The notes below the pieces were generated by a model. It made no database searches. It was not told the DNA's origin and worked only from the letters and a program-made list of their open reading frames with translations. Shown here piece after piece: positions 12,285 through 26,100 of a DNA stretch of 64,000 nt. Each line of letters opens with the position of its first letter. Within the stretch, counting starts at the first letter, position 1. Origin of the DNA: Paragordius varius (Eukaryota; Animalia; Nematomorpha). The stretch is taken from contig OZ176051.1 of NCBI GenBank assembly GCA_964247055.1, forward strand, positions 6,820,001 through 6,884,000, in the 5' to 3' direction. The position numbers were made by a program, and so were the translations under genes.

Positions 12285-13972
12285 TATTAGAAAATATCAT
12301 GGTGGATTTTACACTTAATATTTTAAGAAAGTTTTTGTGGTGATGCTTCTTTTCAAAAAAATCACAAATCATACTGCGTGCGGATTCGGGAGAAAAAATA
12401 TCCTGATGAAATTTTTTTTAATAGAAATTTATTTTGGCCCTTATAAGTCATCTAAAAAATTTATTTATCCTTTTGTTGTAAGTGCTCCATATGAGAAACT
12501 GGCAAAATTTGCTCACATCTTTTTAATTTTTTGTGAAAGTTTAATGCTTAATTCTAAAACTATATCAATAAACTACATATAAACAATTTTTTTTGAAGAT
12601 ATTAATATTTATAAGTGGGTTCCAAAAGTTCCGAAATTGTTTTATCTTCTAAAATGGATTATTTATAAAGGCGCAAAATGCCGAGATTGCATGATAAAAA
12701 ATTTTAAATGCTAAATTTTGGCATCAAAGAAAAATATTATTTCTAAAAATACATGATATTTAGATTTAATTTTTAGCAAAATTTAGTTGAAGCATATTTC
12801 AGTCCATTTTGACGAACAAAACGGTATAATACTTTAAGACTTCATTTCCTTTTCAATTTTTTGTCATAGTTTACTTTAGGGTATTTTTATAAATCAATTA
12901 TATTTATTATCAACTGTTTTGGGAATTATTTTAGTTAAAATTTAATTATTGTTCTCATGTATTAAATAAAATAACTTTCTTACACCGTTTTGTGACAAGC
13001 AAACACAAATGAACATAACAGCTAATATCAAAATAATACATTAAGTTTTGCTGGTATAATTTAGCCTGAAATCTTATTAAATTTACAGTTTCTCATTATA
13101 TAAATTTATTTTCTTCTTGTAATAGCGATTTTATAAGGTTTATAGAAAAAAATGGCGACAAACAAGTTTGAGATGATGATTTTAATTTTATATTTTTTAA
13201 TAGTTGTTTTTATAATGAAAAAGATTTCTGAATTCGGCTAAATAAATAACTTTTTCGTGTATAAAACTACCCGAAAATGTAATAGAGTTTTAATATATAA
13301 TAAAAGCACTTTTTCCATATTAATTGATTAGGCAAGTTATTTTATTAATTCAAAGGTTCGTTTACTTTCATATTTTGGTGAAATTTTATAAAAAAAAATC
13401 ACTAAAATTAACATAAATTCGAGGACGAATATTTTGATCAAACCTTTGCCAAAAATAAATTTTTGATTAGTATTTTTAAAAATTTTCAGTCAATATCTAA
13501 AATGTATTTTAAAAATTTTATCGTATTGCCATTTTCGCGTTTATTTAGAACTAGCTCATTTTGGAAGATCAAATTTAGGTTCAGCCTTGTCTAGAAATTA
13601 ATTTTGAAAATAACGTTTTGCTTTTTATATGTTGTTTAATAACTATTTTGGTAATATATTTGGGATGAAACATTTTATTTTAAAAAAATGTCCCCAAATT
13701 TTGCCACTATGGAGAACTTACGACAAAATTGTAAATATCTTTCTTAAATCTATAAAAGACAAAATTAAAAGCACCATAATCATGATTATATATAAAATAT
13801 ATGTTTTATCTGGATTAATTTTCTAAACTCTGTGTTTTTTGATGAAAATCTAAAACTTTGTATTACACATGTTTATTGGCAAGGTCATAAAGTACACATG
13901 GCAATTAAACGCCTGTGCTTTTCAAAAAATCGTCTGCTTTTATTATATATGGTAATAATTTAAACCTCTATA

Positions 13973-16900
13973 ATGGAATTTTTCAAAACGTTGGTTTATA
14001 ATGAACCCATTGATAATATACATACTTCAGCCGTTTCGAATTGGAGAATTACAAACAGGGTTAAAACATTAAATGGTCTTCTTGTTCTCTGCTTAGATAT
14101 TGGATTAAAACCACTAACTCCCGCTAAGATTAACACGGCGGCAACAATGGAGGGTTGGATTGATCCTATATCTCTTTGTCCATCAGATGCCCTCAAGCAA
14201 ATTGCCAATAATCTGATTGAACAATATAATCAGTGGCAACCTAAAGCCCGATATAAGCATTTATTGGATCCATGTATAGATACAATGAAAAGGTTACTAC
14301 AAGCTTTACGCAAAAATGCCAAAGATGAAAGAATTCTTTTTCATTATAATGGCCATGGCGTACCAACACCGACGAATTATGGAGAAATTTGGTTTTTCGA
14401 TGAAACGCATACACATTACGTCCCTTATTCAGTGTCAGATTTAACGGATTGTATTGGAACACCACTCATTTACGTTTTTGAATGCACTAACAATGGTGTT
14501 ATAATGGATATCTTAAAACAGCACGGAGATAAATTAATTGGTATTTTATTGCTATTTAAACTTTTCTTTAATAACTTATATATCAAATATATTTAAACAT
14601 TATTTTCTTACTATTTATGGTTATCCCATTTTCCCTGTAAAAATACTTTATTATTATATATGGAATATTTACGCGCTTAAATTTTTTTTAAAGTGGTATT
14701 TCGGTTTTTGTAGGCATATTTAATTTTTATGTTAAAAATTTATTATGCAATTCATTTTTTATTATTTAATTTCTCAGATATTTTTTACCAAAATTAACTA
14801 TAATATGTCATTATTAATGTCTCCGAATTCGAAAAACCAACAAAAATCTATTACCACCTCCTTATGGTGTTGACCAGATCACTTTTAGTAAACTAATAGC
14901 AAAGACCATTTTCTACAAATCGAAGGCTTTTTCACAAACGCTGCGAATATAACTCCGCCTCAATGTGTTCGAAAGATATGATAAATTACAATTTTAAGGT
15001 CAAAACATTACAAAATTTTATTTAACATATTGTTGAGGTCTAAAATATACTCGTTTTTATAGCTTTAGGTGGATGTTCATCCTATGAGTCCCCATCAATT
15101 CATTCACGAATGCCAGCAGATATATTTACCTCTTGTTTAACGACACCACTCAGAATTGCAGTGAGATGGCACATCATTTCAAATACTACGGGTAAATTTT
15201 AATTTTTCTCAAAATTGTGAATACGATTATAAGGTTACTTAATTTTTGAAAGTAAATATGTGATTACAAGCTTTGCCATTATACGATACCCAAAATGTGT
15301 AAGATTGGTAAATTTAAATATTGCCAGATAGCATAACAGTAAAAATTATTATCATAGGCTAAGGTATTAATGATTCTCTTTGTTGTATGTGCTATCCTGT
15401 AATAATTATTTAAAAAGCTAGGATTTGATAAAATACGTTGCTAACGCTTCGTCAGGTGTACAAAGCTTTTAAGACTACATATTTTTTTATCGTCACTATT
15501 AGCTCTTGACAGACAGCAAATAATGTTTTAGGCAATTTATTAAAGTTCATAATAAGTAACAAATATCATGTTAAAAATGGTACATCTATTATTACATTTA
15601 GGCTTATTTGAAGATACCGAATCCGAGTACGATTTATATGACAAAATTCCGGGGTCTTTGAACGATCGAGAAACTCTGTTGGGCCAACTTAATTGGATTT
15701 TTACCGCCATATCAGACACTATTGCATGGAATGTTCTCCCCAAAGGTATACAATTTTCTTAAATTTAATTCCATATGTGATGCCTATTTATGTTTGCATA
15801 ACATTCTTTTTTCCGTAAAAAAATGGTAGAATTATTTCAAAGTCTTTATCGCCAAGATTTATTAGTGGCCAGCCTTTTTCGCAACTATCTTTTGGCCGAA
15901 CGAATATTAAGCTCGTATGGAATATATCCAACTTCGATTCCGGCACTTCCTTGCACCAAATATCACCCTTTATGGTATTTGTAATCATATAAATATTTAT
16001 TTCCCTTTAAACATATTTTATTTCCTTAATTGAGCCATTTTAATTACTATTTTTTGGTTAGAATTTATTTATAGTAAAATGTATATTATTTATAAAGGAT
16101 GGGGTCATTATGACTTTTTCCTGATAAATAGTAATAATTTTTCCAACATCGACGGTCGCATTTTATGTGGCTGAATATAATTAAATGAGATGAAAAATTT
16201 TATTTTTAAAAACCTGTATCTATTTTTGAAATGTTTGTCATGATACATCTTGAATGATTGGATTTGGCCCATGTATTCGATTTTATAAATGTTGACTTAA
16301 ATATTTCGATTGTTAATTATATGTATATTTGGCACTTTATTATTTTAACTCAAATAAAAGTTTGATAATTTGTTTATATCTTATATAATTTAGGTTAGCT
16401 TGGGATCTAATATTGGACGAAATAATGCGCCTGCTAAAACAATATATATCCAAAGAAACGCAAATTCGTGAACAAATTTCTAAATACAAAGCTGCATCAT
16501 CCACCCAAGAGGAAGATCAACTATCATTAAACCGCGATTCATTTAACCCAAATAAAGTAGTTTTACACACAATCTCTATATATTTATGAAAAATATAAAT
16601 TATTTTATAAGGCAAATCATAGTGTACTGATATACTTTGTCGAATGCGACTTTTAATTGTAATATTCAAATAGACTCAGACATTTTACACATAAACGTGC
16701 TTTAGATTAATACATAAAACAAAGTTAGAGACAGACAAATTTTTATTTGGGAAACAATAAACATTGATTTACTTAGTAGAAAACATTTTAATTAAATTAT
16801 ATTAATTAAACGCGTGGGTATAAAGTAAACTAAATGTTTAATTTTTAACTTTTATTAAGAAAATGTAAAACCCAATTTCGCTTTATATGCATTATAAGTT

Positions 16901-19373
16901 AAATTTTTCAATAATGACTTTGAGTACTGCCATATTGATGATCCCTTCAGAACCTCATACACTAATACATCACAAAATAAACCAAACTTGATATACTTGG
17001 CAAAAAAATGTAATTATTTATGGTTAATAAATTTATTTTCTATCGTTAAGTTTAAAAAGTGTTTTTTTAGACAATTAATATATTAGAAGCTAAACCCAAA
17101 TTAACAAAAAAATAAAACGCTAGTTCTCAAAAGATGGTAGGTAAAAAACTTGCAACGCTATTAATATTTAACCTTTTTTAATTATATTATTTCTATCGCT
17201 ATAATTTGAAAATGTGTTTTCTAAGACGATCATATATCATAATTAACGCTAAAAAAATAAAACGATAGTTTTCAAAAGACGATAGATAAACGAAACTTTC
17301 CAAAAAATATTGATTGTTGACGTTCGTTAAATATTTTTATCGTTACTCACTATAGTTTTAAAATCTGACGATTAATATATCACAACCTGACCCTTGCCCA
17401 AAAATATATAATTAATTTACAAATACAATCAATTAAATATTCTATGTTTATCGTTACTCACTATAGTTTCATAATAATTTTTTTACTTAGACGATTCATA
17501 TATCAGAACCTAAACCTTTAATACCCACCAAAATTAAACCGTTAGTTTTAATGAACCCCTCTGTGTTGAGTGCCGCCGGTCTACAAAGCAGTACAAGTGG
17601 GAGCAGTGATAGCGGGACATTGAGTAGCCCTTCACCACCACCCTTAAATTCCGTTCCTGAAAATACCGATCAAGAAGAACACTTGGAAATTAAAGGTTTT
17701 TTTTTACAATAAACCTTTTTTTATCGAATAAGTGTAAGGAGAAGATATTTTGAAATGATTTGATAAAAACTTTTACGTGAATAAAAATATCTATTTTATA
17801 TCTGGATGTCAAGTGATCTTTAATCTATGAATGTATACTTTTCATATAATTTTAACATTTATAACTATACACATTACTTATAATATACATCATTTACATG
17901 TCGTTATATAATTGACTCTAAAATAAAAATCTTTACAAAAAATAATTTTTATTGATTAAGTCTGATGATGTTTGTTCTGAAACTAAAATTAGTATTTACA
18001 GCAAATATATGGAAAAATATGTTACTCCCAAATTAAAGCGAATAATTCACATATCGAATGTTATAATGATTTCCATTTTTAAAAGTATTTTTAGTTTTTA
18101 ATATTTCTGTTAGATGAATCAATGTACGAAGCAATACTTGGTGCCGTTGAGGAACATCCTACCTTAAAGCGGATTCGTGACGATATGACCAATGTTTGTC
18201 AACGTTTTTTCTTACAACACATTCAAAGGTTCGAAAACTTGTTGCAATTACAAACCAGGTTTTTTTTTCGTAAAAGTTATGCATACATATTTTTTAAATT
18301 TATAAAATCAAATATTGTTATATTCGTGAAAATAATTTACAATAAAAATTGCAATTATAATGTCAAAGCGTAAAATGAAAAGACGAATTTTTTACAAACA
18401 CAGTCTTATTCAAATTTTGTTTTTACTCTTTTATATAAAAATCATAATTATAAAGGTATAAAAATCTAAGTTAAAAAGTATGGTTGCTTAAAAGAAATAT
18501 CCAGCTTGTAGTTTTAACGTTTAATAATTTGAATCGGGTAAATTTACATATGAATGTAGCCGTAACGATATATCCATGTATCAATCAATCAAATTAACGA
18601 CAATTGATGTTAATGCTATATATGACCATGCCTTAATAAAAGATTTATCGGATTTATTACCCATCATGTTACAGGTTTAACTTTTTAAATCTTTAATTAA
18701 TAAATTTAAAAATTTAAATATTTTTTTCTAAGAAAAAACATACAATGTTATAGGTATTGTTGCGTCATCATCGTATTAAAGCCTTAAAATTGTTAGGGAG
18801 ATTCCTGGATTTAGGCCAATACCCTATCAATCAAGTACACTATATTTATAATATTTATAATTTATGTATTTTCACTGTTAAAACTGTATATAACTAAATT
18901 AAAAAATTTAATTACAATTTTTTTCTTTTTTTGTATAAATGCTTTATATTAATCAATTAACATGTTTATCATTCGGATTGCTACAAAGATATTTTCTGAA
19001 TGAGAATTACGAAATACTCAATTATTCTTATAATTTGTTTTATGACCACCAATTATAAATACAAAACTGTTAATTTACACAGGCCCTTTCTGTCGGTATA
19101 TTCCCTTACATGTTAAAATTGCTGCAAAGCCCTTCAAGAGAAATGAAACCATTACTAGTGTATGTTTGGGCCAAAATTTTGTCCGTTGATAATGTAGGTT
19201 CTTTCATTTTTTGCGCCATTTTAAACTGTAAAAATAGCGCTTTAAAGTTAAATTATTCTTTCATCCTCAATTATATTAATTCAAAAAATTACCTTTTTTG
19301 GTCATGTGAGTGACGATATAACCTTAACTTATTTTTTTAATACTTATTTTATATTATTATTGATTACCAAATT

Positions 19374-19429
<56 letters not shown>

Positions 19430-22400
19430 TTGTTTGTACAGAAATGTCAAGCGGATCTTATCAAAGAAAATGGTCACAAATATTTTATTAGTCTTTTGGC
19501 AGATAATTATATGCTGGTAATTATTTATTTTCACTGCATTTTTGTGATCAATAAGGTTTAATTTTTTTAAACCCTTTTTTATAGCCGGAACATCGAATCA
19601 CAGCTTTATTCTGTTTAACAGTACTAACGCATAATTTTGGTCCCGGACAGGTATGTATATAATTAATGTTCATTACTAAAAATAAGTTTTAAATTTTTTA
19701 ATTATAAAAACATTTTTAAATTATGCGAAAAAGTAGCTTTAGTGGTTTTATTTATTTACAACGCATGTCCATGTTTAATTTTTTAATAGCGATATGTACC
19801 GAGCGGGATATTTAAATGGTGTAGACACCAGATATGTTACTTTTCACATATATAAATAATTTTTCGGTTTAACAGCACTTATTTTTAATATTTAACTGTA
19901 AGCAATTATATAGCATTCATAATTTTTATTCGATATTAGGAGGCCTGTATCCAAGAAAACTTAATGAGCCTTTGTTTTGAATTACTAACCCTAACAGAAA
20001 TTGCTTATAACAGGTCTGGTGGGCTAACCAACACCATAACACTTATGCCAAATATTTTTAGTCCCACGGAACCACAAATATCCTCAACTAACTTAACTAC
20101 TGCTGCAAAAACTGAAATAAATATTGGTAAAATTTAAGGAATTTATTAGTTAAAGGCTCTATATATGGAAATTGGAAAATTATGTTAAAATAATCCATAC
20201 TTTGATAATCGTGTGTTTAGCGTTTTGAGATTAATCATTCAAGAAATAATTTTACAGCTTTAGATAAGCAAGTTATTGAAAAGACTACAAACATTATATA
20301 CCATTTATTATATTTATAAATGTATTTTTAATTATATTATCATTAATTTTATAAAATTAGTGCAAACCACATTTACCCTTGAACAAATTCGATATTTTCG
20401 TTTATGGCTCATATTGTGTTTGGGTTCACTTTGGTACCGTAATGATGAAGCCCGTTGGCGTGCTATAAGGGATAGCGGACCAGAAAAATTGTTACCACTT
20501 GTCAAGCAATCATGTGCTGTAAAAAATATATTTTTTAGATTATTTATAAAAAAATTTTGTAAATATATAATAACTTTGTCATAATTTATATAAAACTAAA
20601 TTATTTTACACAAGACATCTTTATATCATATTTTTGACAAAAAATGCATTTTATCTCTGTATATGCATAAGTTGTTATATTTTTGATTGATTATGTCGAA
20701 ATTATAGGAAAAACTTAAGACAAGTGGGAGTCTCATGACATTGTTTAAAGAAAAAAGTACCATAACGCAAAACAATCAACAGGTATATTTAAACCGAAAA
20801 TATTTTATAAAACATTTTTTATAGCCAATATTTTACGCTTTATTAACCATTTCAGAGCCCAAAAAGAAATTCCATACCACAACTCTCAAAACAATTTTTA
20901 GATATTCCACAAACGAGGGCCGCCACAGTTTTAGCTCTTGGTAAAATACAATTTTTTTGGTAAATTTAAATATTCCTTCGTCTAATATGACTTTAATTGT
21001 GTGATACATGTTCAATATCGACATAAATTTATGCAATATTCGATATTATTACACAACTATATTTTTCAAAATGATTGCACTAATTTTTATCATTGTTTTT
21101 GGCTTATTACAAAGACTTAAAAAAATAAGTTGTGTAAAAAGATATACATAAATTAGAAGCTTAAACATCCTCATAAAATCAGAAAAATGCCTGATAATCA
21201 TTAGTTTACAGTTGTTTAAATATAAAATTTTATTTTAAGAAGTTCCACTGTACATATTTATAATTAAACCTAAAAAATTAAACAATTCTTTTTATTTTTA
21301 TTATATTCATATATTTTTCATAATGGCATTGCGCACAAAAACGTGGTTATAGTAATTTATTATAACTTTCCAGGAAATTTAATATCAGCACCTAATATGC
21401 ACACAAGCGAACATTCTATGCGTGTAGATCATGCCCTGGCACGAGACCTATTTATAAGTGATGCACCCGTCGTTGGTAGTTTATTGAGTATGGGACAGAA
21501 TCAAAATAATTTATTGGATATGGATGCTAGTCAAATGGTTAAAGAGGTCTACATATATTATACTCGTCAATTCATTAAAATTGTAATCAAAAAAATAAAA
21601 CTAAACTGTTTTTTATTAAAAGTTTTTGCTTCCGAGTAATGCTACATTTTAAATATTATTATAATTAAGTAAATTTTGGTTTAAACCTTTCGAAAACTTC
21701 ATTCAGGTTCTATTTTGTAGATCAAAATTCAAGGTTTCTTTTGTTTCGGGATTATTATGTATGTCTAATAGGTAAAAATTGATCATTGTTGCATTAAATG
21801 TTTAATTTATAAGCGTTATATAGTAAGTATGATAATATTTAATATTTACATTTGGGTTTTATGTTAGACAACTTTTTTTAGTTTATTAAATTATATGCCA
21901 GATTTTTTGTTCCGAAAGTTTTTATTTTTTATGATAAGTTTTCTAATTTTTTAGCAATTGGTGCTAGCCATTCAAAACTTTGTAGAGTCATATCAAGATA
22001 ATTTTCTTGCTTTGGGTGAAAAGCTAAATTATGGCGAAGTTTTTAATAATTTGCCTTTATCAAACAAATCTTCCATTAGCAATGCAAATTCCACCACAGT
22101 TTCAAGCAACGTTAGTCGCAAAAATATGTTTGACGACAAAAATTATCAAACTGGTAACTATTTTTTTAATTTTTTTAACTTAATATCATAATAGGTTTTT
22201 AATTATATTATAAATTTAATTTTGGATTTAATAGTTTCTTAGAAACCCAATATATATTTGATATAATTATGCCATAGGTAATTTGAAAGAATAATGCGTA
22301 ATTGGCAATCCTGATAATATTATTTCAATAAATAGCAGTCATTTATATGATAATACCTTTAGTATTTAGGTAAATATAATTATATATTTTACATAACATA

Positions 22401-23132
22401 AATAATCTTATTATTATTATAATAAATCTAATTTTCGATGGTCGAATCATAATATAACCACCATTTCTATATGTATTTATTTTTGCGTTTAGAAAACCCA
22501 AAATCATCCACACTAAGCAAAGTTTTCTCCAAGTAATATAATTAATTTGTTTGTTCTATATTTGTTTTATTTAATCTATTTTTTGCTTCACAAATTATAT
22601 CCTTAAATGATTTTTTTAAGTTCAAGCATAGCCATAAATACTAATGTTCTGGTTGATTCTACATCTCCCAACCCTGCGTATATTAACAATCAATCAGGGC
22701 CCATTATACCATTAACCTTAAATAATAATATCTATTTTTCGGTGTGGAAAACTTTAGTCAAACTTGCCAATGAACCTTCGGAATCGGTTTCAGACAAAGC
22801 TCGTTACATAATCAATGAAATTAGGGGGAAAGTATGGAAATACGTTTTAATTTTATTTTACAAGTAAAAATTATATAAAGATCAAAAGCATTATTTTTTT
22901 ATATAAACTAATTATTACAGCTGTTTAAAATATTATCTAATTGTGCTACCAATATTTATCGATTATATATAAATTTGCATTTTGCTAATAGATTTTTCCA
23001 AATTTGAGTTTGGATTAAATATATATTTTATTTAAATAGTTTATCAAAGAAGCAAATAGACGAATATCCATCTCAAAAGAATCACTCCACAGTATTATCA
23101 TTTATTTTGTATTTCTCATTAAATATAATATT

Positions 23133-23166
<34 letters not shown>

Positions 23167-26100
23167 TTTACATTTCAAATTTAAATTCAACTTTAAAATT
23201 AAATTTAATTTATCCTTGAACAATTTGAAACTACCTTTAAAGAAGTCAAATTCACCCTAAAATAAATTAAGTACAATCGAAAATTAAAAATCACATATAT
23301 TATTTTAATATATTATAAAAACGAAATTTCAAAATTGACTTAATACTGTAAAAAATAAATTGCCATATAGCAGAGGTGTCAACAGAAATAACTTCGCGGG
23401 CGGTGTTTGTAATATATATATGGGCGATAAATAATTAATTAGATTTCAAACATAATACTGCAAAATGAAGGTGAATATAACAATTATTTCTTGTTCTTGC
23501 TATTTGGATAAATTTATTTAGAAAAAATTTATTAGGATTTTATGAGCCTGTTTTTACAAAATATGGGTTTTAAAATTTTCGCGGATCGCACATAACTTTT
23601 ATAAAGAAATATTTATATTAATAATGAGTCGTATTAGTATAAAATCACATTTTTTAAGGTGAGTTTGAATTGTTAAAAGGCAAATTGAAATTGTTTGAGA
23701 ATGAATTTGAATTGTTTAGGTGAATTTAAATCGTTCGGGGTGAATTTGAATATAAACGGTATACATTGGATTTTTCTTAATTATTTCGATTCCAGGATGA
23801 TCTTTTTAATGTATGAATAATTTATACTTTTTTGATTAAAATTTATTTAGTGTAATAACCTCCTGTCCTATATTTATAACTGAAGATAATATTATGGATA
23901 TATTTGAACAATAAGAAAATATTAAATAATATTGTTTAATTATTTTTGGCTTATTAAGGATTTTAAAATACCGGTTACGTGTAATTTTAAACGATTATAA
24001 TTTATAAATTGCTAGCGTAAATCTTGTGCTGCTACACAGCCCGAGGAAGTCCTTCGGACTTCTGGGGGGCTATTTGGAAATAGGGACAATAAAATGATCT
24101 ATATATGTAGATTATTTCAAAACATTATTCATACCTATGATCTCATAGGATTTTCAAAACGGTGCATTCATACTAATATATTATTTAATGGTGTAAAGGC
24201 CCAAATTGACGGCTAACGGAAAAAACGGCTATACTATAATTTTTACCTTTTTAGTGTAATATTTAAAGCCTTTATTTAACTCGTATGGCTTCTTAAGTTT
24301 TTTGAAAATTAGCTCCAAACCCACGCCATTTTTGTATGGCGTCTCAGTTTTAAACCGGTAGACCCCTACCCATAGGCCTATATGGAAATAGCGCTAAGTT
24401 AAATTTTTTGCCTTTATAGGGCAAATATTTGGAATCATCATTGAGACCATCATCTCATGGGTTATTCGAAAAAATACCTCAACACTAAATAATCGTTATA
24501 TGATGGCCTATTTTTAGGGCATAAAGGCCCCAAATTAACGGTTAATAAAAAAGACCTGACCTTATTACCTAGTTACGGGTACTATTTCGAACTTTAAATG
24601 AGCCCATATGGCATAAGTTTTAAATTAGTCCCAAAACGACGCAATTTCTATATAGTGGCACCGTTTTTGGCGGGTAGTTTCTTACCCAGAGGCAGGTATA
24701 AAAAAGCGTCGGGCAAAATTTTTGTTTTTATATGGGGAATATCTGGAATTATAATGTCCATATGTTTTAAAAATATTGCTTTAAAAACATAAAAATGTTT
24801 TATGGTAGCGAATTTTTCAGGGCGTGCAAAACTTTTCTTACGACTCATTGAAATAACCCCTTATACTAAAATATTTGTTTTTAAGGGGAATAAATATTTT
24901 AGGCCCTTATTGAACTCACAAAATATAAGTTTTCTGAAATTTGGCCCCAAAGGCATTATATATCGAAATAGTGACGTATTCGCGGGTAGCCCCCTACCCA
25001 GAGCCTATTTAACCGCTATATTTTTTATGGGTAATATTTCAGGCCCTTATAAAACTTATATCGCCTGATTTCTGAAAATTAACTCCTAAACAACGCAATT
25101 TTGATAAAGTGGCGCAGTTTAAACTGGTTCACTACCCTGAGGCCAATATAAAACAGACGTTCGATAATATGTTTTGCCTTTATATGGGAATACCTGGAAT
25201 CATCATTCATTCCATCTCTTAATAGTTTATGGAAGAATGGCTTCAAAACTAAATAATAGTTCAACGATAGCGCAGGGCGTAAAGGGCCTATTTAACCGCT
25301 AATTTAAAAAAACCTCTCGACTTAAATTTTTGCCTTGTTACAGGTAATATTTTAAGCATCTTTTGAACTCATATGCGTTTGATTAAAATTTTTGCCTTTT
25401 TACGGAGAATACCTGGAATCATGATTGATTTCATATGCTCTCATTAGTTTTTAGAAAAAATGCCTCAAAATATCATTCTATGGTGGCGCATTTTTTAGGG
25501 CGTGAAGGGCTTAAACGGCAAAACCGCGCGATCTAAATGTTTGCCTTGTTAAGGGTAATATTTTAAGCACGGATTGAACATGGCCTGATAGGTTAAATTT
25601 AGCCCCAAAGGCACGCCATTTCGATATGACGGGTCAGTTTTTAGCGGGTATCTCCTTACCCTGCAGCTATCATCAAAGAAACGCTTGACTAAAATTTTTG
25701 CCTTTTAACAGGGAATACCTGGAATCCTTATTGTTTTTTAAGGTCTCATACCCTGGGCGAAAAATAGATTCAAAAAATTATTTTTGTGGACCTATTTTTT
25801 TGAAAAAAGTGGCATTTTACGTAGGGATTGGGTAAAAAGCGGGCTTAAACTAAAAAAGCCCGACTATGTTTGGCGCAATCGAAAATAAGTAAAATCATAT
25901 TTAAAATCGAATGGTCCAACACGTTTTCGGGATATTGTCTCAAAGACACGATTTTTTTGGACTTTTTTTCAAAAAAACCCTTTTTTTACAAGGGGTGGGC
26001 CCGAACCGGGGGCCCAATTCAAAAAAGGGCGAAGCTATTGTCGGAGCAGTCATTAATGATTATATTTTTTATTTGGATTCGAATGGGTTTACCGGTTTTC

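Noticed and set aside
14108-14128. The heptapeptide KPLTPAK occurs in both the Raptor RNC and the MCTP C2B insert (about 40118-40138, minus strand)
   Set aside because: Five of the seven codons differ and the flanks are unrelated, so there is no sign of DNA transfer; treated as coincidence.
14778-14998. Exon-like stretch in Raptor intron 1 (NLLPPPYG..)
   Set aside because: All frames from the nearby acceptor hit stops, and exon 1 joins 15063 directly in phase to rebuild the conserved LIALGGC segment.
19306-19561. ORFs with IYIYIY runs (also at 43562-43863)
   Set aside because: Translations of (TA)n microsatellites; only 19442-19516 is a real Raptor exon.
22278-22369. Possible extra Raptor exon ([18 protein letters not shown])
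   Set aside because: No acceptor/donor pair gives an open, phase-compatible exon; 22153 joins 22493 cleanly.
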